NCBI GenBank assembly: GCA_009914755.4
Contig: CP086569.2
Span: forward strand, 22,720,001 to 22,784,000
Reading direction: 5' to 3'
Length of the DNA: 64,000 nt
From: the human T2T-CHM13v2.0 reference genome, Homo sapiens
The notes under the pieces were generated by a model. It saw nothing but the letters and a program-made list of their open reading frames with translations, was not told where the DNA came from and did no database searches. Positions 43,101 to 58,510 of the stretch are shown piece by piece. Position 1 is the stretch's first letter. Each line of letters begins with the position of its first letter. Both the position numbers and the translations under genes were made by a program.

Positions 43101-46100
43101 ATGTTTCACAAGGAGCAGGGTGTACCCTATCCAGAGAAGGTAGATTGCTTTGGTCTTTTCTGTCAACGTGCCCACAATCACGGGAATAAAAATCACCACA
43201 GCTCCTTGAGTAACTCTCCCGACTTATGCCATATCTATCTCATTTATTGCTATAATCATGGTGGCTGCTTCCACCATAAGACAACAGAGGCACTCCTGCA
43301 GATGGTGCACCATGAGAGGTCCCTGCAGGGGACCCTGCAGGGTTGATAAAATAATATGTTGGACTATATTTAAACATTATTACTGCTATCACTAAAGCAT
43401 GATTAAGTTAAAGTACTATTTGGAAATATCTACTTTCCTCTGTCTTTGTCGACAGGATATTAATTATGCCTGCAATAATCAGAAGGTTTTATTAATAAGA
43501 AGTGTAAGAGAAGTTATTTTGAAGCTTAACAAATTTAATTCTAAAGTAAAAGTTGAGTCACATTTTCTGAACGTGAACTGAAGTTCTCACCTTCATATCA
43601 TTCCCTATGCTTTCTTCTGTTAAGAATACTCAATATTTAGACATGTTATATTTGTCCCTCGTAATTTTCCTTAGAATTTCATTAAAATAACGATCTGGTC
43701 TATTAAACACAATTCTATAATTTACAAATCCATCCCGGACCCTTACCCTATCTCTGAAATGCATCTCTATAAGAACTTCCACTTGGACGTTCAGAATGAT
43801 CTCTAACATCACCTCACCACAGCCATCACAATCACTAAATTGAAAAAAAAAATTCTTAATGTCAGAATGAACCATTTAAGAATTCTATTTGACAAGTCCA
43901 GGAAATGTTGTAATACCTATATCCTCTAGAGAAATGTTCATCCCAACTAGAATGACCATAATCATGGTATGCATAGTCTCTAGACAGTGGAGCATAATCC
44001 CTAGATTCTCGGGAAAGTGGATGATTTCTGTGGGCATAAGTTTAAACAACAAATATTAAATTTTCAACTTCTAGTATCCAAAACATAACTAACTTACAAC
44101 TTAAACAAAATTAAAAGGCCAAACATCTAAACAGATATTTCTCCAAATAAAATAGGCAAATGCCCAAAAAGCACATGGAACAGATACTCATAATCGGTGA
44201 TTCAGAAAAAGCATTTCAAATCCAAAGTGAGATACCATACTTCCCACACACACTAGAATGGCAATAAAAAGCAGGAAATAGCAAGTGTTTGAGAGGGTGA
44301 AGATAAATTGGAACCTTGATACAATGCTAGTTGGAAGGGAAAATGATGCAGCTGCTATGGAGACATGTGGTGTTTCCTCAAGAAAACAAACATAATTATT
44401 ACAGAACCAAGCAATTCCATTTATATATACACCCAGAATTGAATAAGTGTACTCAAACAAATACTGGAGCATAGAAATACTGTGGTAGAAACAACCCAAA
44501 TAAAATAATGGGTTAACCGCTTGTGGAAGGATTTAAGTGCTATGATGTAAATGAAACTTCGGGACATGATACAAAAGGAAAGGAGACAGATACAAAAAGT
44601 CATGTAGTGTATAAGCCCATTAACATTAAATGCCCACAACATGTAAGTTCAGAGGCAGAGCAAAGACTGATGTTTGCCAGTAGCTGAGGGAAGGAAGAAA
44701 ATGAAAGGGACTGCTTAACTGGTAGCTGGAGTTTTAGTTTGTAGTCATGAAAATGTTTTGGAACTTGATGGAGTTAGCTGCTGCACAACACAGGATGTAT
44801 TTAATGCCACCTGTTTACCTTATAATATTTAATTTTATTATGTGAATTTCATCACCATAACAAAAAAAATCAACTTCTAAAAAATATTTTCTTTACCTTT
44901 CCTTAATTGCATAACCATCATCTCTTGGTGACATACGGTCATTTCTCCAGGAAGAGATTGGCTCTCTGCATGGAGGACCTCCATAATTCTCTCTTCCACG
45001 TGATATGGGACCTTTAATATTAAAATGATGAAACAGGGAAAGAACAGCAAATCCGAAATACTATTTTCTCTTCTCTCAAACAACTTTTTAAAATTATTTC
45101 TTCTATGACTCCACTATGACTCCATTTTTCATTCCCTAAATTACTAGAAAGTCATGACACTGTGAATATTTCTTATGGCTTTGGATAATCCCATGGCTAC
45201 TGCAAGGCCAGTTCTTCTAACAGAGCTGAAGACAGACATTAATTCTTAGGTAAAAGTTCATCTGTAATGGTAAATAACTAGTTAGTTATTGTTTTTCCTT
45301 TCATATGAATTACTGATGACTACCAATGATACAGGGAAGACATGTAAAAGCACCAAACTCTTCACAGATTTTTAAGTTTACATCCATTGTCCCTTCTCAG
45401 CTGAAGAAGGTAAATTTTCCTATGTTGTTCAATCCACCTCACACGCACAAATGATGCTACCTTTGAATGATTGGATGCTAAATTTTTACATAAAAGGTCT
45501 TCTTTATCTCTAAGTGGTTGGCTCTACCTTAAATGTTGACAAATTGAAATATACTAGTGAAAACTTTCTAATGATGGCCAAGATTTACTTTTACTGCAAT
45601 AAGCAATCCTGTTAAAGGGGTCATTACGACATTGTTGCTATTTCAAAATAGAAAATGTTCTCCTTTAATATACTCTTTATGTGCTATTCCTTAGAGGTCA
45701 GTCTTTCACCTATGATATGTTCACTGGCTAATTTTCCAATGGAAATGTGTTGGCTTATGTATGCTGAAGTCAATAAATATCTAATTTCACCGATACTCTA
45801 CATATGAAATGTAAAATTGAAAACAGCAGTTTTCAATTTCCTCCATATTGGGGTGGAGGACTAAGTAAGAATTTTAATTTGTTCTGCCTAAACTTCTTTG
45901 CTAAGAACTTTTATTTACTGTCTTGCTTTCTTCTGTTCTGTCTGCAATCTTAACAATTCTCCTTCTCAAAAATATTACTTCTATTCAATCCTACCGCTCA
46001 CCTCAGGTTGCTTAGTTCTAAATTCTCTCCTCAAATAATTTCCAGTCTTACGCTAAGGATCTTGTGTTAATGTTTAAACATCCCGGTAAAATCTTAATTA

Positions 46101-48037
46101 TTGATTTACATGACCTTATATTTCACATCTCTGCACTTCTATGATATCCACTTAATTTAAGAATATTGGACTCCTTCATGTCTACCTTTCAAGACTTGAT
46201 TTTATTTTTAAATAATAGGTAAGCCCAGTGACTCCTTTTCTGCTAAATGCTCTTGTAGTTCTTTTGAATCTTCATAGAAGCAGTAAGAATGCCTTGCACA
46301 TAAACATTATTGAGGTCTCAGAAGCTGGATGGTCAGGCTCAGCAGCTCACAGTGCGAGTCAGTGTGGAAGGCAGAGACAGCTGGACTGCTTGAGCCGCTG
46401 GCTTTTATGTCAGTTTTGACAATGTAGTGACATCCTCTGTCTACAAAAATACAGGAAAAAAAAATTAGCTAGGTGTGGTGGTGCATGCCTGTAGTTGCAG
46501 CAACTCAGGAGGCTGAAACAGGATAATTGTTTGAGCCCAGGATTTTGAGGCTGTAGTAAGCCATCATTTCACCAATGCACTCTGACCTGGTAAGAGCAAG
46601 ACTCCAACCCAATAAAGAAACTGAACAAGCAATTTTTCAATTGGCTTGCCAGGGGACCACTACCAGGGGACCTAGGAAATGGAAGAATTCATTAGAAGAA
46701 GAAGCCTATCATCAAAGAATACTGCTAGGGACTTTTAGAAAAATTAAGGGGAATTATCTAGCAAACACAGGATTAAGAGGAATGTTGGCCTCACTCTAAT
46801 CACTTCTTTCAACTGCAGTGAGAAGCTCGAGTATTTCTTCAACATAAATCTGAGTGTACCTAGTGAGATAGAAAGTATAATAAAAGCTATTGATCAGTAA
46901 TTACGCCCAATGATGTGTCACTTCTGTTTTGTTCAATGAACTTAAATTTAAGAATCCAGTTAAAATAGCTCATTTTTAGTCATACAAAAAATATGGTCTT
47001 TTATCAGGTAGCATTTACCTTGGCCTCCCATCCAACTATTGCTTCTTGCCATAGCAGAAGGAGCAGATGTTTTAGGAGGAGGACCTCCACTTCGTGAAGA
47101 TGGACCTCTTTTAATTGGAATGGCTCCCCTAGAAGAACTCGTGTTGAGATCAAGAGCGTATCCACCATCATCTGTATTTCAAACAAAATCATTTTAGTTA
47201 ACTAGCATCACTGTTTCTTGAATGGCTAAGTTTTGTTGTTTTTCTACATATTATAATGTTACAAATTCACATTTGTCTAAACTAATAAAATTAACATTTC
47301 TATATGAAATTAGTACAATTCAAGCAATAAAAGTCTGTTTAGAAAATCTAGAAGGAAACTCAAGAATTATAATATATTGGTGTGAGAGAGAGATGTGGGA
47401 AAAATGGGGAGTGAACAGGGAGCAGAAATCTATCAGTAAAATATCTAAGTATAATATACATAAAGAAAAAATATTAAAAAATGATAAATGACTGTTTATA
47501 TCATTCTATTATGAGGAAAAATTTTCAAAGCATATCAAAAAGATAAACTAAATTCCATTCAAAGAAACTCAAATATTTGCAATATCAAAAGGTGACACAT
47601 CAGGAAAATATATTATCTCTAAAATTTGTTAACATAGTATAGAATTCTTACAATTTCCTTGTGAAACACTAATTTTCAGATTAGACTATGCTAAATTTTA
47701 ATAATCTTTAAGAATTGCTTATTAAATAATATAAAAATATTTATATATCTACAAATCTGTAGATATATGCCAATTACTAGGTGGTGTTACAGGTTAGAGT
47801 ACGCACATTCTCATACATGGCAGAGTATTATTGAATCTCACCCTCAAGATCAGTGGAGACAAAATTACCATGAAGCTATGCATCGTAAAATGCAGCAAAC
47901 ACTGCAATTTCAACTTTAAAAACACATCTCCAATTAATTACACATCTGGTCATTAAAACACAAAATTAAAGATCGATTTTTGAAGGTTGGTTAATAGATA
48001 ATATGTTAACCAATAGGTTGATTGATTGATTGATTGA

Positions 48038-48330
48038 TTGAGATGGACTCTTGCCCTATTGCCCAGGTGGGAGTACAATGGCATTATGTCAGCTCACTGC
48101 AGCTTCTCCCTCCCAGGTTCCAGTGATTCTCCTGCCTCAGCCTCCCGAGTAGCTAAGATTAGAAGTATGTGCCACCATGCCAAGCTAATTTTTTGTATTT
48201 TTAGGACAGACAGTTTGCACCATGGTTGCCAGGCTGGTCTGGAACTCCTGACCTCGTGGTCCACCCACCCCATACTCCCCAAGTGCTGAGATGACAGGCG
48301 TGACCCACCTCGCCCACCCCCATCCAATAT
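48038..48330 (-). mobile_element. Alu (antisense) in unit 3, orthologous position to 3086..3386
   Basis: Diverged Alu preceded by a (gatt)n run. Confidence 0.7.
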
Positions 48331-50354
48331 ATATATATATTTTTAAATACATAGTTTGTTTTTCTTTTTTATGTAGAAATTGACCCCTCATTTCTACTGT
48401 GTAAATCACTCATAAATACCATTTTCAGTGACTCACCTTCCAGCAAGAAAGATACATACATATCTGTGAAGCAGTGGTGTTTTGTCCTTTCCAGAGTCAT
48501 AGACTTTTTTTAGAAATTAAAGTTCTACGTTTCTTAAATTGAAAATGCTTTATGGCAGGCCAATGTACAAACTCTCCATATGAAAATTACAAAGCAATAG
48601 ATTTGCATACATGTTTGCACATGTATACACAAAAAAAAACAAATATTGGAAAATCAATCCTAAGTACTGAATTACTTTTTTTCCTGTTGGAAAGTTTTAA
48701 ATATTCCATTGTATTTTGATAATACAACCGATATGAAGTTCTGGGCCCCAAAGTAGAAAACTCTATGAAGTATAATTAATATAAATGAGTTCTTCAGAAA
48801 ACCTGTTGAGTACAGGCAATCAGCATTCATAAACTCAATTCAGTTTGAAATTTGTGTTATTTCAATGCAAACTTATTACAATTTTAAAACAAATTTTAGA
48901 TATTAGTGCAATCATTCTTATAATACACCTTTAGTACTTAGAAATAATTTTGCTTCTTATCAATAAGTTAATTTTCTTATCAATAAGAAAATTACTTCTT
49001 ACCAATAAGTAAATTTCCCAAAATAAATAAAATTGGGAAATTTTGATATCTTCAAACTTATTTTCTTTCAGTCCTATGGTTCCATCTTTATATTTTAGAA
49101 CATTACCCAAGTGTCCTTCATGTGAGGGCAGCCACGGTCTTGTTCCTCCACTACTTCCTCTTGCAGATCTCAGACTTCCTGAAGGGCTTCTGTTTCTTGA
49201 AGAAGGTGGTGGTCTCCGCCTACCACCACTTGGAAAAGATGGTTTCTTTGCTTGTTCTACTTTTATTTCTTTTCCATCCAAAGACTAAAAGTATTAAGAG
49301 TACTATCAATAACGTTGGCAAGATTAAACCTAAGCACATTTTACAAACATTTCTACATCAACTATAGTTCAATTCTAGATATTTTCTCCCAAAGCAAATT
49401 TTTTTCCTCCTAAAATGAACACGTCTTTCACAATACCAAATTTGAGACATTTACTGAACACACGCCTTCCATTAAGGGATCAAACACAAATTCTATTATT
49501 CAAATTCCTTGAAAACTCCTCAATTATTAAAAAAAAAAAAACACCTCAAACAAAAAAGATTAACCCATCACACATTCTATGGAAGAATGTGGCATGTCTT
49601 TTTTTTACAATATATCATCCACTTCATCTTTGTATTCGCATCACTGATTTAAAAGTTTCAGTGTCCCAAGGAAACTTGTGTCATTTAAAAAAATGAGGTT
49701 ACTTATTCAAAATGATTAGTCACATTAGTCATATGAGTTGTTTCTTGTTTGATCTGCTAACACTTACGTAAAATATCCCCATATGATTTATAATTTTATA
49801 TTTACTCTAGAAACGTTTCTGTAAATGTGATCCTTGTTTGATCTCATTAAGGTTTCTTGCCTTATTCATTTCTTATTTTGCCTTAGACGTGCCCCTAAAA
49901 AATGACTCTTAATATAGTACTTCATGTTGTTTCTCAGAAATGCTTAAATGTGCTAATTAATTTCACAGTAACATTTTTCAGTATGATCTTTTCTATAGGC
50001 CAAAGTAATTTTTGAAAACAGTTCAGATAATAAATAACTCTATTTTAAAATTACATGTTTTTTGTTATTTGGGGGAAGATCTTAAATCCCTTACAAGACC
50101 TCTTGCAGCCAAATTGCCAGTTGTTCCTACCTTGAAACTTCTGCTGTTATTTCTGGGCCCAAAATATTTTCCCCAGATTTGCGCATGGCTGCTTCCTTCC
50201 CAGTGTTTCAAAGTCAGTCAAAATTCCTTAAACTGTTAATTGCCCCTGATAACTCTAAGAACCTCCTTTGTTGGCCGTCTTAACATTTATGTGCATATAA
50301 CTTCATATTTATGTTTACACAATAAAATATGTGAGATGAAGTAATTCAGAAATA

Positions 50355-50700
<346 letters not shown>

Positions 50701-52541
50701 CTAGGGGGGAAAAGGAAATTATCATAGATTACTATACGTAAGTAAAAATTATCTCCACAACTACCACAAATTTACTCTGGGTTTCTACCACAGCTTAAAA
50801 TACTAATTTATAAGAGTGAATAAAAATGTACTTTCTGCTATGTGTCAGCAACTCTACTAGATGCAACAAAAATAAAAGCAACTAGGAAGCCTTAAATATG
50901 CACTGTAGACAATTTAACCATCAATAGATTAATACATGGTACAGTGAGTATAAAATATCTACGATTTGCAACGAGGAAGAAAATAGAAAATTGAAGTTGT
51001 TTTTGAAGGATGAATTGTTATTTCTGAGACATACATAGGAAAGAATAATTGTCAAAAAGTCCAAAAAATCATTTTAGGGGTACCATAAAGAGTGACAGGA
51101 GCTAAAAACAGATTTGGATAATGTTATAAAGCAGAAAAACAGATTTGGATAATGTTAGAAAGCAGAAAAGCTCTAAAGGGCCCAGAATGGAATGATCTTG
51201 ACTAGAATGTAAAGGAATTCAATAGTTAATAGAATTACATAAAATTTTAAAGCTTTAGTAAACACACAATCCCTAGATTTAAGACTCAATTGGACAAGAG
51301 ACCATTGGTTTGATCAAAACACGTTCTCAAACACATTGGGAAAATGAGCAATTAGGTATTCATGTTACATAAATCACTCTGGTGACAGGAAAAAAAACAT
51401 CCTTAGGAGAAAAGAGCAAGGATGGGGCAAAAAATGCCAGTTACTTCTTCTGTTGTCCAACTTCAATGTTCTGATATTGTTTTCTATTTTCAAGTACTTA
51501 ACACATCCTTAAATGTGAAGGTCTTATTTAAATGTACTTTCTCAAGAATATATTTGCAGAAAATGGGAGAGAATCTTTCCTTCCTGTGAGTCTGTCTAGA
51601 TGTCTATCCACAGTTTGTATATGCTATAGAAGTATTTCCATGAATTGGAAGTAATTCCACTGATAGCATTTAAAAAATGTTAACTTAGTCCTTTCATTTA
51701 GAGGAGGGTTCCTTCTAGGTTTTAATGCTCTTGGAAACCTTTGAAAATCTATTTACACCCATATTGAAATACAAAAATAGAAAAAAAGTTACCATATATT
51801 AATTTATGTAATGTTAATTGCAGTACCCTTCCAAATACACTTGCATGTGTATGGCACAAAGAAGACGATGGCTAAAGCATTTCAGTCCATATGGCATTCT
51901 ACTATCTTCAACACTTTAGTTATACTAAAAAGACCTAGAAATACTGTTAACTGAAAACCAGAATTAGTGTATTATTAATAAGGGACTCTTACCTTTCCAT
52001 TCATATCTCTGGCAGCATTCTTAGCATCTGCAGCATTCTCAAAAATAATGACCACAAAATCTCTGGACTTACTGGTTCGACCTTTTATCAAAAGAACTAA
52101 GATACATAAAAACATTTTATATTTATAGAATGGACTCACCAAGGTACTAACCATCTGAAAGTTACATCAAACCAAAAAATAACTGCATTTCACATCACTA
52201 CTATGATTCTTAATACTAAGTCACCCCTATAGTCAGCCTATTTTATTCCAGTTTGTTCCCTAACTCCATAACACATTTACTTTTCCTCATTTTCCTTTCT
52301 AAGCAGTAAGTGATTCTTACCCTTCACCTGCTGCTATGAGAATTTTCCAAATATCAGATAGATACTTCAAAATAAGAGTTTACAAATCACAAGGCGTTTT
52401 AATGTATGTATACAATGAACTTTGAAAAATACATACTTTAAAATACATACATAACCTACATATTTTAAATAACATATTGAAATATACATACGAAAATACA
52501 CACAAACAGAGACACGCACACACACAAAACACATGGCTTTA

Positions 52542-52688
<147 letters not shown>

Positions 52689-54559
52689 TTAGATAAAAAT
52701 AGACAAACTAAAAAGATAAAATTTTATTACATACTGTGTTGGAAATTCAAGTAAAAGTCCCTTCCAGAGGCTAACATCTTTTTAGTATTTCTTAGTTTAA
52801 ATATGTAAAATTCATAACATACAGAGCAAAAGGGGCACTGACTTCATGGACAAATGCTGCATTTTATTATGTAGGTGACAAAATCTAATTTATAAAAATT
52901 AGATAAGAAAAGCTACTGTAATTTTCCTAAGTTGCAATATGAAGGATGCTCCCAGTTAAATAATTTTATTTGAAAACTATATATTTATGAGGTATGGTGT
53001 GATGTTTTGTGTATTTTTTTTTCTTGAGATGTATATCTCCTGTTGCTAAAGTGCACTGCTCACTACAGCCTCCTCCACCCAGACTCAACTGATCCTCCCA
53101 CGCTTCAGCTTCCCAAGTAGCTGGCTGGGCAATTTTTGTGTGTGTGTGTTTTTTTTGTTTGTTTGTTTGTTTTTAAATAGACATGGTTTTCCTTATATTG
53201 CCCAAACTGGTCTCCAACTCCTGGGCTCAAGCAGTCCACTGGCCTGGGACTACCAAAGTGATGGGATTTCAAGTGTGAACCGCCACACCCAGCGTGATAT
53301 TTGTATGAAAGATTAAATCAAGCTAATTAAAATGTTCTAGGGGGAGATCATTTTAAGTATTTTAGCATCTTTTAGTGATTTGAAATATATAATAGATCAA
53401 GGATCCCCAAACACTGGCCTTCACGCCATACCTGTCTGTGGCCTGAATGTAATGCCTGAGGATAACCTGTAATACCTGTCTGTGGAGAATGTAACGCCTG
53501 AGGATGACCTGAGGTGGCACAGTTTCATCCGGAAACCTCCCTAGCCGCCTCCCACCCCTCCTGCCCCACCCTGTCCCGGTGACAGCCCCACTGCCCCACC
53601 TGCCCCCTCTCACACCTCTTCCACCAGAAGCCCCGCCCCACCACGTGCCCCTCGGGGCCCTGCCGCCAGCCCGTACCCCTAAACGTGTCCATCTCACTGC
53701 CTTCTTCCGCTGGGCAACACTTGTCTGAGGAAACATTGTCTTCCACCAACCGGTCCCTGGTGCGAAAATGGCAATAGAGTAAAGGAGCCCATTATGTTAT
53801 TCAGGCTGGTCTCCAACTCCTGACCTCAAGCCATCCTCCTACCTGCACTTCCCAAAATGCTAGGATTACAAAAGTAAGTCAGTGTGTGAAGATAGTAGAA
53901 TAACAAGCAGATTTATTTTGTTTTCGTTTAAGTCTATCCAACTCCATTTAACTCCATTACACCCACTTATTCGGTTTAAATTACTTAGGTGCCACAGATA
54001 CATGAAACATGTTTCAAATACTGTCATACAAGGAAGGAGACAATTACAGGCTTTACAGAGGCAAATTTAAACCGAGGTTATTTATGGCCCCAGACTTCTA
54101 CATACACTAAAATACGTCAAAATTTGATAATTCCCGCCAAGCAAATCACATATGTGACATGTGCTGACTAAAGTACGGGTTTTTAATCGCAGTGGTTAAG
54201 TATGTTGCCTGTATTTTGAATTATGACGACATTCACAGAGAAAAACTGCTTTAATAAAAAGTGCCCATGAAAACAATGGCGCCTTAGCACCATCTCCCAG
54301 AACTTGCCCACATGTCAGATATGTCCGACAGTTAAAGGTAGAATCTTCAAGAAAAATCAAAGAGTTTAACAAAAATGAGTTTCTTTAGAGCACTAAGGAG
54401 TTCTCTCCCCACTGTCTCCTCCCTTAATTCAAGCCCACATATAGAAAGCCCATTCGCTTTTATAGACAAAATCCCAAACCTTTGCTTTCTAGTCTTGCCG
54501 AGAGACCAACCTGTCCAGAGAAACAGAAAATACAGGTGCTTTTCAGGAGGACAAACAGC

Positions 54560-54880
54560 CTCAGGGTCTCCCGTCACTCAGGTCGTATGCATCCGGCTTC
54601 GGGACACCACAGGGCCAACTGCAGGAAAGACCGCTGCAGCTGGCCTGAGTGGGAAGCCATGCCCGGAAATCACGCCTACCTCCAGCCAATCATTGGGAAG
54701 GCAGTGGGCATCTGCCAATTATTGCAAGAGCGGTAGGCGTCTCCTGAGGAGCCCCTCCCCTGGGTGGCCTGCAGCTCCATCCTCCCGCGGTAGTCCTCCT
54801 CTGAGAAGATGCTTGTGCAAGGTGGTGGTGGGTTCAGGCACACGCAGACTGTGAGCCCTTTGGAATTGTGACATGGAAGA
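54560..54880 (-). promoter_or_regulatory. Diverged copy of the RBMY promoter CpG region (unit 3), with fewer CpGs
   Basis: Aligns to 9940..10260 (ccggaaatcacgcctacctccagccaatcattgggaaggcag...). Several CpGs mutated to TpG/CpA, consistent with loss of CpG-island character in a pseudogene. Confidence 0.35.
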
Positions 54881-57800
54881 CCTATACCCTAACTGGCATC
54901 CTGAGTGCCGCAAGCCATTGACTCACAGGGAACACATGAAACATCTCACTTCATTAGGCAGGCTAGGCTGATGGTACTGAATATTGGAGATCCAGAGGCA
55001 AGAGAGAGGGTCTAGTCCTGCCTGCTGGGGCAAGGGCAGCGGCGGTGGTTTTCGGGGAGTGGGGCCGAGGGGGCATCTGGGAGGAAAGTCATCTGGCACC
55101 TTCCTGGGGTGGAATTCGTCAGCACCGGAATTCAAAACCCCGCAAGGACTCTTTCAGATCTAGGGAAATACAGACTCCAAGTTCCATGCATCCTCCCTAG
55201 GATGTTGCACTCCCAGGGGTATTCCAAAGGATCTCTTGTCCTATGCCCTGGGCACACCAGAGACAAGCTGCCGTGGTCGCCCATCCAATGACCTGTGTTC
55301 ACTGCCTTGGTGGCGCAGAGGCTGCTGTGAGTGCAGCACCCACCGGCCGCGGTGCCTGCTAGCGGGGCTCTGGAAGTCCAGGGCCTCTGCCTATGGCTCC
55401 TGTATGCAGCTAACCATGCAGGGAATCTGGACCTCATGGTGACTGCGGCGGACTGTGGGCCCTGCGGGACTCCCCAGGAATCCTGGGTCCACGTAGGTGT
55501 GAGACCGTGATTCTCAGCTAGGCGAGGCCCCCGGGCCTCTCGAGGAGCGGCCCCCAGAGTCTAGGGGTGCCAGGGGCGTGGGGTGGGCGGCTCAGACCTT
55601 GGTCTGTGGGAGCCCTAGGAGGGCACCGTGTTAAGTCTGGAGGCTCTGCGGGAGAGGGCGGCCTGGGGGGAAGAGGCGTGCTCCTGGTAAATGACATCAC
55701 GACAGAAGTGGAAGTGGTGGCCAAGGAAGAGGCCGACGTGGAGCAGCAGCAGGAGGACCACTGGGCAGAGCCGGGCCCTGGCCCCAGTATGCCCCGGCCC
55801 GCAACGGACTCGCTGGAGGTCCATCATTTGCAGCTGGGCTTTGTAAATGCCTCAAGCCACAGGGCATCCCCGGTTTCCGGGCCAGAGCCATGTCTTCGCA
55901 GCTGCTAATTCGGGATGGCTGGCAGCAGGGGGTGGGCGCCTAGGTCCCAGGAGCAGGGTTGCGGGGAGCCAGCTGGTAGGCACTGGAGGTCATCCAGGAG
56001 TCAGGGGATGAGGAACAATGAAGGGAGCAGAGGCCAGACTTCTGCAGATAGGAGGGCAGCTTGCTTGCAGTTGCCCTGAGAGCACGTAGAGTAGGGACAG
56101 GAAGCAAAGCACAGCACTCACAAGAGAGAATAGGAGCGCAAAGGACCCTTTATGCACTGCAGAAAGTCGAAGGGCACATTTCCCTGGGAAAGTCCCTGGA
56201 GGAAGGGGAGTCTCTATGCCCATGCCAGCCATGGAACTACCCCTATTCCCTGTGCCTGTGTCCAGCAGGCTTACCCCAGAAACACATGGTGCTCAAGACT
56301 TGGGCCCAGATATGGACCAGGGTCACAAATGATGAAGTCCTGCTGAGCTACATGATGGATTTGCAGGTTAGGCTGCTGAGCCTGAATCTGTGGGAGTGGT
56401 CCAGTGCCTGGGTGAGGTTGCGGTCCCCCTGGGGCCCAGGGGTGTCTAAGCAGGACAGCTGAGAAGGGGAAACACATGCTTCACTCCAGCTAGCAGGCCA
56501 CTTCAGTCCAGCTACATGAAATGGTCCTTTGAGTCCATCCTGTTTCTCCTTCTTGACCAGGTAGATGGAGGAACTCAGCCACCCCAGGTACTGGCATCAG
56601 GATGAAGGTTTCCTTTTGTAACAGCCTTTACTTCCACAATGAAGTGATCATTCAGGAGTACTGCGTTGGCATCCTTGGTAAGGAGTGCCTCCCAGCAAGG
56701 TAGGGGAGGTTGTGTGTGGGAGGGTATGTCTGGCATGAACCTTCCTGATTCCTATCCCTCCAAGAAACAGGGTGTCTCATTCCACTGCAGTCCAGTGGTT
56801 GTGGGATCATGAAGGTCAAGCCTCCAGCTGCAGGCAGTACACCTACATCTGACCTTCTTCAGCTGGTTGGTTGCCCCTGGCTACCCAGGTCCCGGCAGGA
56901 TTGCTGAGATGGGTGCCACGGTGGGGCATCATGGGAAAAACCTTGCTGGTCATTCCTTGGCCTCTGGGGAACTGGCTTTGAGCCATGACCTGACCTGTCC
57001 TGTACCCCCTTCTTCAGTCCCCCAGATCATCAGCCAGGGCCTGTGGCTCAATCCCCTTCAGTACTTCCCGAGGGAGGGAGGCCATTAGAGAGGGAACAGA
57101 GAGGAGGTCAGGTTAGGAGAACCCAAGCTTCAGGGAAGAGACTGCAGTGAGCAATCCCAGGCCATCCATGGGCTGAAGGAGAAACGGACTTCAGGGAACT
57201 GTAACACTCACATTTCAGGATTAGGGCACCTTAAGTCACCTGAGAGGCATAAGTGTCTAAGGTCAGTGGGTGAGAAGCAAGTCTTAAGGGATAACTTGCT
57301 CAACATCTCTAGTTGGCTCCCTTCCCCACCCTGAGGCTGACTAACACTTGGGGCTCAGTTTGGGCTCAACCAGGGCCCTCTCACCCTCCATGCAGATGTC
57401 CCCCCAAGGCCTGTCTAGGTCTGCGTCCTCCCAGAATGGCTCTCCCAGGCCCATCATTTTCGGTTACGATGAACCCAGGCTCCCCTGACGTGATTTCTCC
57501 TTTCTGCCGTCTTCACTCACACTTCCCTGCTACCCAGACAAAAGAGGCCACTACACAGAGAATCTGGAGGACCACATTGGGCTCAGAGGAGGAAATGTGA
57601 AGAGACTGCAAAATGGCTGACTCCTCTGGTATGTGCCCAGGGAGGGAAACTGGCCGGGAATTAAGACCCACTTGGGTACTGGTGTGGACACCCAGTGTTG
57701 CTTATCATGATGAAGACCTGCTTTGTCGCATCACCTAATATTAATATGGAGGTTATTTTCTTAGAATAGTGAAACAAAGAGTATGAAGAAATAGTGTTTG

Positions 57801-58195
57801 TTCAGATTTGTGTGGAAATACTGCAGACACATCCATTTTCTGTTACAATTCTTATGTGAGACTTGAAGTGCTTACTGAGTTTTAAGATAGATTTTGATTG
57901 TTCTGCTCCTGCAAATTTTATGATCATTTTTGCAATATAGAGACATAGAATCCAGAAAATTTTTAAGTGACTTTCAGCTTCTTTTAGAGTACATACTTAT
58001 AAATTTTGATTTTTTTCCCCTTGTGGTTCTCTTCAGTATATTATTTGTACTTTATATGCAAGCTGATACATTTGTTTTTTTTAAATTTGCCTCTTGTGCC
58101 ACCTTTGTTTAAAGGACATTTTTTTCCTGTTAGATATGTGAGTTTGCCTGTGAGCTCTTTTTCTAGTACAGATTTTTTTTTCCATTTTTTTAGAT

Positions 58196-58510
58196 TTGTG
58201 TGTGTGTGTATGTGTGTGTGTGTGTGTTGAGACAGAGTCTGGCTCTGTAACCCAGGCAGGAGGGAAGTGTCATGATCTCAGCTCACCTCAACTTTAGCCT
58301 CCCAGCTTCAAGCGATTCCGCTGCCTCAGCCTTCCCAAGGAGGTGTGATTACAGGCGCATGCCACCATGTCCAGCTGATTTTTGTATTTTTAGTTGACAT
58401 GAGGTTTCACCATATTTGCCATGCTGGTCTCAAACTCCTGACCTCAAGCGATCTGCTCGCCTTGGCCTCTTAAAATGCTGGGCTTACAGGTGCAAGCCAT
58501 GATGCCCGGC
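58196..58510 (-). mobile_element. (GT)n microsatellite (58196-58236) followed by an antisense Alu (58237-58510)
   Basis: gtgtgtgtgtatgtgtgtgtgtgtgtg then gagacagagtctggctctgtaacccaggcagg... ggcttacaggtgcaagccatgatgcccggcc. Confidence 0.75.
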
